Shown here one piece after another: positions 1 to 11,310 of a stretch of 64,000 bases of DNA. The stretch is taken from contig CM059425.1 in NCBI GenBank assembly GCA_030390025.1, positions 166,410,001 to 166,474,000 of the forward strand, written 5' to 3'. Numbering within the stretch: the first letter of the stretch is position 1; each line of letters opens with the position of its first letter. The translations under genes and the position numbers were made by a program. The DNA comes from Squalus acanthias. Taxonomy: Eukaryota. The notes beneath the pieces are model-generated. The model searched no databases and was not told the DNA's origin. It saw nothing but the letters and a program-made list of their open reading frames with translations.

Positions 1-1589
1 TCTTTACCTATTGCTCTTTCCTCTTTGTTTGGGATCAGAGGTGTTCCTGCTTTCCCTTTTCAGTTTTGATGAAGGATTGCTACCCAACACATTAACAAAT
101 CTTATTAGTGACTGACCTGCTGTGTGCTTCTGGCAATTTTGTATTTTTCCTTTTGTTACCTAGTTTTCGTACAGCTTTATGGAAAACCGATGTACAATAT
201 TGTAAGGAGTTTTGTATTATGATGTACTTACTGTAATGCTATAAACTGTGAGCAACTGTTTTGGAAAAAACATATTCAGCTATTAATCTCAGTTGCAGAA
301 TGGATTAAAACATGATTGAAGGTTCGGATGGAATGGAAGATTGGTATGGAATTTTCCAGTTAAGTAGATTTTACTTCACTTTAGCCATCATTTTCTGCTG
401 ATCTCCAGTAGAAAGGAAAACAAATGCACAGCACAGTTCTCACACATTTCTAGTCCTCCACCTTTCCAGCAATAGGAAACCACTTGCTTGATTATACTAT
501 TTCCTCTCCCCCTCAATTTTCTGCTATTGCCACTTATCTCTTAAAGGCACTGACACTCATTGGAGGTTTATTCTTTGCACATAGCAGAGCCAGTTTTCTA
601 CTGCTTTGTGCCTTGGGAACACTTATTCACTGGGCACAAAGCAAGAAGTGGAGACATACCATGTTGATCTCTGCCTCATTTGCATTTCTCAGGATATCTG
701 GGCTTCCCCGAGGCGGGCGGAGTGGCCAGTGGGGCGGGCGGGGGGGGGCGCGGAAGTGGTCTGAATCTTAACCCCCAAAACCGGTGGGTTGGGGTTGGGT
801 GAGATGTTAAAACTTTAAAAATTTCAAACCTGGCCCCAACCCGCGGGTTTAACAGAGTGGGACAAGGGGAGGGCAGCCAACCCATTCCCAGGAGGCAGGT
901 TGGCCAATTAAATATTTGAATGAGGCTGGCAGCCTTTGATTTAATTTGCCTTTCAGGTTTAACTCTGGCTAGCCGGGTTACCCAAGCTACTGAAGAGAGT
1001 TGAGGACAGCTTCGGGGAGAAGGTAAGTGCTTCCACATGGCCCCCCAAGCTCCCCACCCCATCAGAAACTCTCCCATAAACCCTCCACCCCGGGTCAGGG
1101 ATTGCATCCCCATCCCACACTCCCACTAGCAGCAGCAGGTAACTTACCTGTGGCTGCGGCCTCCTCCGGAGTGCTCCCTGCCCGACTGGAAGCCAAGCCT
1201 GTCAATCAGGTTGACTTTCAGGAGGGGATCTTATCAAAGTCAGAGCTCCACAGCATGCAGGGAAACCTGAGCTTCCAGGTTTCCCGACAGAAACTCTGCC
1301 CCCCTGCCTACGCAGCCCGCCCCTGTCAAGATTCAGCCCAGTGTGCCTGTGCTTACAGTTGCTGTGAAATAAGTGCTGAGATGCTAATGAGGTAGAAGTT
1401 GGCATTCCTGGTGTTCCCACCTCAATTTCCTTCCATATTATCAGAAGGGTGTCTATTTCAAGGGTCATCCTGAAGAAGTGAGCTGCACGCCAAGCACCAA
1501 GTTCCTCTTCGATCGGATGATCAGAGAGAGGCTGGCAGCAAAGACGAAAGTCCCTTTTTCCTTCCAAGGACAGGGATTAGCACTGGAGG

Positions 1590-2483
1590 CCTTCTAGCTG
1601 TGGTTTTTGAACAGCCATTTCCTCTTTTGCTACCTCTGGCCTGTCCATCACAAAAAGCGTCTGTTTATAAGAGTGTACAAAGCATATATGAAGTATCTTT
1701 CAGCATCCATATTTATGGACACCTCCACATCAACCTGGACATGTCTTCACCACATCCACTTCACAAGTTTGGTTATCACAGAATTGTGCCATCTGCTTCG
1801 GGATGATCTGCAGATAACATCTAAGACAGATTTTCTCATAGAGGGGCTAATTACCACACCATGAAACTTACATGTTACCTGATCCTGCCAAGCCACATGA
1901 GGGTATATTTGCCACACCAAGCAGATAACAAATGATGTTTTTGCAAGGGGCCACACCTTCATCGCTTTGGAAATGAGGCACCAGCTGGACAGGACATAGA
2001 CCTTGCATAGGGTGGCTGAGTTCCCTCGTGTGCAGGGCATCATGGAGGACATCATAGCACCTCAAATCAACCCTATATAAACATGAACTGAATGGGTTTG
2101 CACTAAATTACAGGAGGGTCTCAGGGGTCAGCCTGAAGATCAAAAGGGAGGTGGGATTTAACCTCTTTCATCATCTCCTGGTTGACCTTAGGGTTTTGTG
2201 GCATGCAGTTGCTGTTTCCTCCTCCATATGCAATGATTGAGGAATTAACTCTAGTTAGTGTATTATTCTGCCACCATCATAGCTGCAGCCCTTTAAAAGT
2301 TCCTCCCTTATAGGATTTTATACCTCCTGCTAGAATGTTGCAGGCCAAGCTGTCTGGGTAAACTTTTCATGTGCCAGCAGTCTATTCAAAATAGGGGAGG
2401 GATTCCCATCATACAATTCAGGTTGGTTTCCAACCTCAACTGTCAGCTGAACCTCATTTGGCCATCTTCACAAAATTAGGGCC
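1590..2483 (+). pseudogene. Highly decayed Harbinger transposase relic with a terminal TIR-like end
   Basis: 1607..1864 encodes TCLHHIHFTSLVITELCHLLRDDLQ, matching QCLRRLRFSKEVVTELCHLLQPDLQ of the transposase at 4821..6041. A VAEFPRVQG-like segment lies at ~2010-2040 and AAAATTAGGGCC at 2472-2483 resembles the local Harbinger termini. Confidence 0.65.
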
Positions 2484-4889
2484 AATAATGATTGATATTC
2501 ACTCTCAGATCCTTCCTTTTACATGCAGACATGTTTCATGCTTGTTCAGTCCATCCACTCAATCTCTGCGTGGTACAAATTCCCCTTATATTCATCATAA
2601 TTTGGTGTCATCTGCAAATTTTGTGTTAGAAGTACTTGCCTGCATGCCATTTATAAAGGATATGATAGACCCCTGTAAACACCTCAGTCCCAAATGGTGA
2701 GTCTTTGATTCCAGCTCAAAGTCTTGCTAAATGGGAGCAAGATCAGAGACCTGAGGTCAGAGGTCAGCACCTCCATTCAAGGCACACTCAATTTTGTAGC
2801 AATCTGGGCACTCTCTAGTCATTGCTCCCTGAACAGAGCTTTTTCTATCTGTCATCACTTTATGTTTTCTATTGTAAAACTACTCTTTTATCCAACAACT
2901 TAATTTACCTTTAATTCTGTAAGTTCTAATCTTCTTTATAAGCTTCAGATGTGAAACCCTTAGTAAAGTATATGGCTTCTGAAAATATTTGTTAATTCTA
3001 TCCGCAGAGTGCTTGGTGCCCTATTAATTTAGTTACCTCCTTAAAGAAATCTAGAATCATAGAATCATAGACTAGTACACCACAGAAGGAGGCAGATTTA
3101 TGAGCCATAATAAATTGCTTTTAAATCCATGTTGACCACTCCTCATGATCTCTGTGCTGTTTAGATGAGCTTTGATAACATTCAGTATAATGCTTTCAAG
3201 CATTTTCTTCCTTACAAATGTTAAGCTTTATATGATTTATAACTTCCAGTTTCACATCTCATTCCTTTTCCAATAGTAAGATAGCATTTGGTATCCTCCA
3301 ACCCTCACACACAGCTCTGGAATTTATCAAATCTCTAAGTTATTAATCAGAGCTTTGCTTATTTTCTCTCTCATGCCACCTGGTTCAGTTGCTCTGCTGA
3401 CATTTATTCCTGAGTTTCTTCATTATACATGCTTTTCTGATGGATAATATGAGGGGTAATTCTGCAATCCAGCACTTCCATTGGGGAGCAATACTCATAG
3501 TAGCACATCTTATGAATTAGTGGCTGTATAGTCAGGGGCTAAAATCAGTGGGAGAGGGGACGCATCCCAGCATAAGTGCCGAGATGGAACTGTTCGGCAC
3601 ATGCACTGCTGACTCTAAGGTTCACGGAGTCAGGAGGAGGTTCCCTGTTTTGCATGCTAATGATGGGCACCAGTGCCACCAGGGGCACAATTAGGGCACC
3701 CACCTACCCCATGATATCAGAAGGTCTGGTGCACCTAGTTGGTTCTGGGGGTGCTGGGTCCCTCCTGAAAGCAACTCCTAAGGTTGCCCACAGGAGTCCC
3801 CATTTTCTGTAAGGTAACTGCGTTCAAATATTTTTTAAAAATTGTCGATCTTTTCTTCAGGGGTCCATGCCACAATCCTAGTCTGGACTCTCAGGTGGAT
3901 CCCACATCCGTTGATGGTCGGTATGGTACGCCTGGTCTTCCCAGGTGTAAGTCTGCCAACCCAACGCTGTGTCCCTCTGAGGGTCAGAGACTTGAGAACT
4001 CTCGCCATAGGCCAATTCTTCGATGGGGACTTCAAGAAAAAGAAAACTATGAAGGCACTTTACGGGCAGCCAGTCATCCTTCCGTTATCATGGGAAGCCA
4101 ACTTTTCGGGCGTGGCCACAGCCAGCATCTAAGGAGCAGCGATGCTGGCTGCTCTGTGCCAGGATCACATTATTGCCCTGATGTTTGGCCTGTGAGTTTC
4201 CATGGTATTCAGCTAAGCAGCCCCACAAAGCTTGGACATTCCTGGGCTATAACAGTTTCATGAGTTTCATCAATAGGTCACTCTGGTATTCATTTGCTCA
4301 GACCACAGCTGAAGATTCTGGTTTGAGGTGATTTAATTTTAAAAGTTTTACAACTCTTAAAGAGTTTAACTCTTTGGGGGAAAAATTTGGTGGCTTAGCG
4401 CCTCCCGTTAGTGCCCTAAGAGGGCGCTAATGGGGCGCAACACAACTAGCGCCCGGGCGCGGCAATGTTTGCGCCGCTCGCGAAATTGACCAGAGTTTTT
4501 GCAGCGACGCTAAACTCTACCGTCCCGATCTCCTGCACCCGCAGATCATGACGTCAGTCGAGCGTGCAACGCCCCGGTGGCGCCCCGGACCAGATATTGA
4601 GTGGTGCCCCCTTCCTTTCCGCCTGCCGCAATCAACGACAGGGAGACTGGAATGTTTTCCAGTCGGTAAGGGGCTGGGGGAGCGCTATTTAAAGGCGGCC
4701 TCTTCCTGTCTTTTTTTGTGGGAGACATTTTTGCACCACTCATTCTGACAGAGAGAGAGAGATTCTGAGAGAGAGAGAGAGAGAGAATTCTGCAGAGAGT
4801 CAACGCTGTGTGAAGTAGTTTTGGCTACTGAGCATCACTTTTCAGGTTCTTTTGGATTTGACCTTCATTACTTCGATTGTCAAGAGACT

Positions 4890-6041
4890 TTGGGGGCTGC
4901 ACTGATTCGGGGCGTCGTCCTGCGCCTGCAGAATCGGAGGCATCAGGGACGCAGAGAGAGAATGGCAATCATAGCCAGAGGGAGGAGGGCCAACAGGCCT
5001 GTGCACAGGAGAACTTACCCTCCCAGGGTATTCCGGGAACAATTCTCCTACATTAATTTGTCTGAGGAGCAGTGTTTGCGCAGGCTGCGCTTCAGCAAGG
5101 AGGTGGTCACTGAGCTCTGCCACCTGCTGCAGCCAGATCTGCAGCCTCAACTGAGGACCAGGACGTTTCTGTCGGTGGCAGTGAAGGTCACAGTGGCTCT
5201 GAATTTTTATGCCACCGGCTCCTTTCAAGCAGCTACTGGGGACATCGCCAATATCTCCCAGTTCGCAGTCCATTGCTGTATCCGGGAGGTGACAAATGCC
5301 CTGTATAAAAGGAGACGCCAGTACATCTCTTTCCCGATGACCCGGGCCAAACAGCATGAACGCGCATTGGGCTTTGCAAGGATAGTGGGCTTCCCCATGG
5401 TGCAGGCCGCCATTGACTGCACGCATGTGGCATTGTGGGCACCGCATGAGAATGCAGAGGTTTTCCGAAACCGCAAAGGATTCCACTCCTTAAATGTTCA
5501 GTTGGTCTGTGACCACAGACAGCTGATACTCGCTGTCAATGCCCGCTATCCTGGCAGCAGCCACGATGCTTTCATCCTGCGCCAGGCTGCTGTGCCAGAG
5601 CTTTTCCAGGCAGCGCATCAGCCAATTGATTGGCTCCTCGGGGACAAGGGTTATCCGCTCTGCACCTGGCTGATGACACCGCTCCGTACCCCCAACACCC
5701 CTGCTGAGCTGTGGTACAATGAGAGCCATCTCGCCACCAGGAACATCATTGAGCAGACGATCGGCGTGCTCAAGCAACGGTTCTGCTGTCTGGACCACTC
5801 AGGAGGAGCCCTGCAGTACTTGCCTGAGCGAGTCTCCCTCTTCATAGTTGTTTGCTGCATTCTTCATAACCTTGCAATCCTCAGGACCCAGCCAATTCCA
5901 CCAGGCCTTGGTGCACCACCGGAGGAGGAGAAGGAGGAAGAGGAGGAGGATGATCAGCAGCAGCACCAAGGCGGGAGGGAGGCCCACAATGTTGAGACTG
6001 CAAGGGCCGTCTGTCAAAGACTGATAACAAGCCGCTTCTAG
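4890..6041 (+). CDS. Harbinger (HARBI1-type, DDE_Tnp_4) transposase, uninterrupted ORF
   Basis: Motifs AIDCTHV, NRKGFHSLNVQLVCD, YPGSSHD, LLGDKGYP, RNIIEQTIGVLKQRF and CCILHN are present. The position matching the MGA start of the other copies (26490, 28664) is TTG at 4890, and the first in-frame ATG is at 4962. Confidence 0.9.
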   Translation: MGAALIRGVVLRLQNRRHQGRRERMAIIARGRRANRPVHRRTYPPRVFREQFSYINLSEEQCLRRLRFSKEVVTELCHLLQPDLQPQLRTRTFLSVAVKVTVALNFYATGSFQAATGDIANISQFAVHCCIREVTNALYKRRRQYISFPMTRAKQHERALGFARIVGFPMVQAAIDCTHVALWAPHENAEVFRNRKGFHSLNVQLVCDHRQLILAVNARYPGSSHDAFILRQAAVPELFQAAHQPIDWLLGDKGYPLCTWLMTPLRTPNTPAELWYNESHLATRNIIEQTIGVLKQRFCCLDHSGGALQYLPERVSLFIVVCCILHNLAILRTQPIPPGLGAPPEEEKEEEEEDDQQQHQGGREAHNVETARAVCQRLITSRF

Positions 6042-6344
6042 GCCCCTACTCAGGAAATGGCTTCTGGCATGGAGAACAACATGATGGAAAGCAACCCGCA
6101 ACCCCTTTAGACAGCCAAGGCAGCAATGATTCCAAAGGCCAAACATGTACATTTTGAATACAACAACTTTTTTATTTTACAAACTCTGTGTGTGTCATTT
6201 CTTCATGACAAACTAATAGAAACAAACACAAAAAATCAATAATTAACATAACTGGTTCTCACAACCTGGAGATAATGGCCAAAACACTAAACAAATGTTA
6301 TCAGACGAACCTCGGCCTGTAATAAAAACATTTCCAACATTTCG

Positions 6345-8174
6345 TCAGACCTCCAACATTTTGCCCTTCGAGGGTGATCTCCTTCCCTTGCCCACTTGCC
6401 CCTTTCCCACCCTACTGCTCCTCCGTAATGGGGCCCCAGTGGCTGCAGCAAGGCTGGTGGAAGGCTGCTGAATGTTAGATCCTGAGACTACAGATGTCCT
6501 TGAAGGACGCCCTCGACCAGCTCTGGGCCTGGAGGGCCCGGCTGCAGACTGCATCAACTCTGCTTGGGTGGCAGCAGTCTGGGCTACAGGCGGTGGCAAG
6601 TGCAATGGGGAAGTGACAGTGGTGGCAGCAGGAATGCTGTCATCTTGAGAGAGGACAGCACCTCTCTGCTCGATCGACACATTGCCACTCCCACGGGGCA
6701 GCACCTCAGCATCCGGAGCAATCTGCTGGAGCACAGATTGCTGGCCTGCTGTGGCGCCATGAGAGCCCCGGGGCAATGTGTCTGAACCAGCGACGATGGC
6801 AGCAGTCAGTGCTTGTGTGGCCTCAATCTGAGACTGCATGAGAGCAGTCTGAGATTGGATCATGGCAGCCAGTGACTGAATTGCAGCACTAAGCATTTGT
6901 GTGGCGTCCGCCTGTGCTGCAGCGTAGTGCTCCACACTCCTTGCCAGTGCATCAATGCTTTCGGACACCCTTCCCACTGCACCCATTAGCTCAGTGTGCA
7001 TGTCCACCGTCTGGGTGTTCATTTCAGCAATAAGCCGCTCCTCCTCTGCGTCTAGTGCAGCAGGACTCGCTGGCCTACTCTCCCTCCGGGGAGAAGGCCC
7101 CCGAGCTTCCCTACCCCCATCGCGTTGCTGCAGCCCACTGGGTCCCGGAGCTTCACCCTCATCAGACCCTTTTTCCCGCTCTCCCCTCCAGGGAAGACGT
7201 GGTCCCAGTGTGGACATGGGCTTCCTCGGGAGACGCTGGTGCTGAGGCTCCGGCTTCCTCTTCCTCCTCGCCTGCGGCTTCGCTCCCACTGGCAGCTTGA
7301 GGGCCCGTCTCCTCAGCTGGTGAATCACCATCTGAAAGCAGGGAGGTACAAGAGTGGCTTTAGCGTGAGGACAGGGGAGCAGTAAGGGAGGAAGGAGTGG
7401 AGCGATTTAGTAAGTTGCATTGAAAGTGTAAAAGGTTGGTGTTGTGAGGGACAAGTGGAATGAGAGAGGAGAGAAAGCTGATGACCTTACCATTGCTGTT
7501 CCGAATGGGGTCTGCCTCTCCAGGGGCGACGGGACCGATCACCTGGCTTGCCACAATCCTGTGGACGCGTTCCTCAAGATCGCTGAGGGGTTGCAGCTGA
7601 GGCCGCCCTCCACCCGTCCATTGCTGCTGTCTCCTGTTATGAGATAGCTTGGCCTTCAAGAAAAAGGACGGCATCTGAGTAAATATGCAGCCATGGTCTT
7701 GCCTGATGTGCCTCCCATAGTTGAATAGCCCTTAATGTATGCAGCCATGGTCTTGCCAGATGTGCCTCCCATAGTTGAATAACCCTTAATATATGCAAGG
7801 TGTGGAATGTGCGTGTGCATTTCATGAGATGGCCATAGGTCTTGGATGAGTGTTGGGCATTGGGGTTTTAAGACCCTCTGGCCATAGAGTGAGGTTGAGA
7901 TGGAGGGATGGAGAGGTATTGAAAAGCAGCCACTCACCCTGACGACCCGAGTGAGGTCGTTGAACTTTTTGCGACATTGAGTATGGGTCCTGGGCACCAT
8001 GCTCCTGGAGGAGACGTGATGAGCCACCTCCCTCCACACTCTTCTATAGTCGCGGGGCAATGGCCTCCTGCCACTCTCTGGGTTCAGTATTGCTCTTCAG
8101 CGCTCCACTGCGCCAACCAGAGCCTCCAAGGCCCGGTCGCTGAAGCACTGAGCTCGTTCCCTGACTCTCTCCAT
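6345..8174 (-). pseudogene. Harbinger Myb/SANT-like DNA-binding partner gene, 3 exons (8174-7938, 7653-7491, 7331-6345), disrupted
   Basis: Exon 1 reads MERVRERAQCFSDRALEALV...W...RTHTQCRKKFNDL, with GT..AG junctions at 7937/7654 and 7490/7332. There is an in-frame TGA at 8099-8097 and an apparent +1 frameshift near 7185. Confidence 0.85.
7685..7792. repeat. 54-bp tandem duplication inside Myb-gene intron 1
   Basis: ATGCAGCCATGGTCTTGCC...CTTAAT starts at 7685 and again at 7739. Confidence 0.9.
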
Positions 8175-9407
8175 AGTCCTTGGCTGGAAAATTTAGGCAC
8201 AGGTCTGTCCACGACGCGATTCAAGGCTGCAATGAGCAGGGTGTGGCTGGAGAGCAAGATCGACCCTTCCCTTTAAGAACTGTCCGGCGCCAGTGTGTCT
8301 GTGTTCCATTGCTAACTGACATCACCTGAGCTTCGCCCGCGCTCTGAGTTAGCGCCTCGCTCCTCGGCCTATGCGCCTTAAGACAGGTGTGTAGCACCTG
8401 ATTTAGCGCTCCAATCACCTCCAGGGGCAATAGAAGTCAAGTTTGCAGTCGGAGGCGATAATTAGCGCCAGGCACTAAACTTTGCGCCTGGCTGATAATT
8501 GCACCCCAAACGGGGCGATACTGAATTTCTCCCCCATTAACTCTTAAAAAAATGCTTTTACAACTCTTATGACTTGTGAAATCATAAACTATTAAATAAA
8601 TCTTTATAGATATTAATTTTTCAGGAGTAGTGTAAGTTAGCAGCATCTATCAAAGAACTTGCACAGTTACAGGTTACTTTTCTTTGGTTTGTAGCAATTT
8701 CACGATTTATGACTGGTTGGGGATTCAAAGGTGATACAAAGTGAAAACAAATTACCTGCCATCATCTCTTTCACCCTTTAGTGTGTTCATTTTTCAACTT
8801 TGGACTCAAGAATGTTAAAGGCTTTCATACAGAAGACAAAATAAGTATGCTGAAGAATTTTCCAATCTATTCTAGTCTTTAAAATAAGAAGACAGACATT
8901 TCCAAGAGGGACACCTTCAGATACACGTTACTTTTCCTCACACTGGAAGGTGCTTGTGCACCTCTGTATCACTGAGAATCAATGTGTGTTCATACATGTG
9001 ACCTACCTCATTTTTAAACCATTGTTTGCCGTATACTTCACATCACCCCTGATCTGGCAGCGATACGTATTCCATTGTATCTTCTCAGCAGGACTTCCCC
9101 CACCAAGTCATTGCATAATCCTCGACTCGTGCATGAACAACACATTTTGGATTCTTGATTACAAATGATTCCTGATCTGATGTACATCAAAGCATTACAT
9201 TCCTGCTTCAAATTGCTTCAAATGTTCATAACATCATCATAAAAAAATTCCAAAGACAGTTGCTGTTTACACTTTTGACAGCCTTAAATTAAACTTGTAC
9301 AGGTAAATTTTAATGCAGGGTTTTCCATATTCAGAAGGAAGTGGGTTAGTTAAATAGCATGGTATGATTGCAATAGTATTAATATATGTACAAGTCATAG
9401 AGTCATA

Positions 9408-10093
9408 GGGCTGGATTTTGATACTGGGGCGGGCTGGAGTCGTGTCATCCACTTTTCGTGTTATCCACCCGGCTGCAATTGGATGTGGGAGATGGATGCG
9501 ATTTTCACCTAATTGGGCAATTGAGTTCCAGCATGTGGGAACCCATGACCCAATTAGTGTTTTCAGTCTGAAAGTCACCTCTGACGATGTCATCATTGCT
9601 GCTGCATTGAAGGTCCGCAAAGACTACCTGGCCTTTGCTGTGAGAGGACCTGGAGGCAAAATGAGCAGCAGCAGCCCTAAGTCTGCTCCCAGATATTTTT
9701 GTACCACCACCACCACTCCCAGATATTATTATTATTATTACTCCTCCTCCTTCACCTACTCCGTTGTAATAGTGGACCTGCAGCTGATAGTCAGCTATCG
9801 AAATGTGCTCCCACCAGGTTTCACATTCGTGCTTCAGAACAGGCGTGCTTCACGTAGAAAAAGGGTTAAAATCACAAAGGCCTTTCAAAATGGCATTATA
9901 GAGGCAATTTAGTGCTTGTTAAGGGCCTTAACAGCCTATCCCACCTCTTAGAGGCGGGACGGAGTTGGGACCAGCAGACACGATTTAATGAAAATTGCGT
10001 GGAGGCGGGCTTGTGCCCACCCACCAGTTTTCGCAATTTTAACCCCCCACACGCCTCCAAACCCACCTCCACGGGTCAATGAAAATTCTGCCC
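9408..10093. mobile_element. Non-autonomous Harbinger-type element (686 bp) inserted in the CR1 3' microsatellite tail
   Basis: GGGCTGGATTTT...AAAATTCTGCCC termini with ATA TSD (9405-9407, 10094-10096). Confidence 0.8.
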
Positions 10094-11050
10094 ATAGAGT
10101 CATAACGGCACAGAAGGAGGTCATTCGGCCCATCGAGTCCATGCCGGCTCTCTGTAGAGCAATCCAGTCAGTCCCATTCCCCCGCTCTATTCCCGTAGCC
10201 CTGCAAGTTTATTTCCCTCAAGTGCCTATCCAGTCTCTCCTTGAAAACATTGAGTGTCTCCGCTTCCACCACTTCCGTCGGCATCGAATTCCAGGTCATC
10301 ACCACTCGCAGCGTAAAAAAGTTTTCCCTCACATCCCCCCTGTATCTCTTGCCCAAAACCTTAAATCTGTGTCCCCTAGTCCTTGTACCATCAACTAGTG
10401 GGAACAGCCTTTCCCCATCTAGCCTATCCAAACCCGTCATAATCTTGTACACCTCTATCAAATCACCCCTCAACCTCCTTTGCTCTAATGAAAACAAATC
10501 CAGCTTCTCCAACCTTTCCTTGTAGCTAAGCTCCCCCATCCCCGGAACTATTCTGGTAAATCTCTTTTGTACCCTCTCAAGGGCCTTCACATCCTTCCTA
10601 AAGTGTGGTGACCAGAACTGGACGCAATACTCCAGTTGTGGCCTAACCAGCGCTTTATAAAGGTTCAGCATAACTTCTCTACTTTTGTACTCAATACCTC
10701 TATTTATGAAGCCCAAGATCCCATATGCTTTGCTAACCACTCTCTCAATATGTCCCGCCACCTTCAGGGACCTATGCACATTAATTCCCAGGTCCCTCTG
10801 TCCCTGCACACTCTTTAAAACTGTGCCATTAAGTGTATATTGCCTTTCCCTGTTCCTTCTGCCAAAATGCATCACCTCACACTTCTCTATTAAATTCCAT
10901 CTGCCACTTGTCTGCCCATTCTGCTAGCCTTTCTATGTCCTCTTGCAGTCGATTGGTATCATCATCACTGTTTGCCACACCCCCAAGTTTGGTGTCATCG
11001 TCAAATTTAGAAATTCTACTCTGTATTCCAATATCCAGGTCATTTATATA

Positions 11051-11310
11051 CAGGAATCCCTCGCCAACCGCTGGAGATACGTCCCTGAAAACCCCCGCGG
11101 TTAGTAAAATCGCGGTTGGCAAATTCACTATAAACAAAAAAAAAGCATATAAATAGCATAAAAATTAAGTTTTTTACCTTATTCCTAAATGAAAAACCGC
11201 GGATATGCGAATTTCACGGCCGCGGTTTGACAAAAATTGTCGCAGAGTGGAAACCGCGGATACGTGAAATCCACGTATGGCAAACCCGCGGCTGGGGAGG
11301 GGGATCCCTG
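11051..11310. mobile_element. Tc1/mariner-superfamily (pogo/Tigger-like) MITE, 260 bp, inside the CR1 RT
   Basis: Imperfect TIRs CAGGAATCCCTCG...GAGGGGGATCCCTG at a TA site (right copy reads TG). Removing it restores CR1 LLFLIYINDLD. Confidence 0.75.

Larger units (their letters stand above)
4376..8535 (+). mobile_element. PIF/Harbinger DNA transposon, near-full-length 4160 bp (family A)
   Basis: Termini GGGGGAAAAATT (4376) and AATTTCTCCCCC (8535), GC-rich subterminal arms, transposase on + and Myb/SANT gene on - in convergent orientation. Flanking trinucleotides TTT/ATT give an imperfect 3-bp TSD. Confidence 0.93.

Noticed and set aside
4842..5798. Long antisense ORFs over transposase and LINE ORFs
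   Set aside because: These are shadow frames of GC-rich coding sequence with no independent motifs.
6345..7331. 328-aa ORF as a stand-alone gene
   Set aside because: It is exon 3 of the Myb gene. Its ATG sits at the splice acceptor and the N-terminal ~48 aa are out of frame.
4366..8545. Apparent 9-bp TSD TTAACTCTT around the 4.2-kb Harbinger
   Set aside because: All relatives in the window have 3-bp TSDs and the flanks carry several AACTCTT repeats. A mutated 3-bp TSD (TTT/ATT) in a repetitive target is simpler, though 9 bp is not formally excluded.
8950..9175. Possible host exon in unique sequence (also 12720-12950, 32451-32792, 34600-34790)
   Set aside because: No open frame with recognisable protein similarity between convincing splice sites. 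Short or non-coding exons cannot be excluded without RNA-seq.
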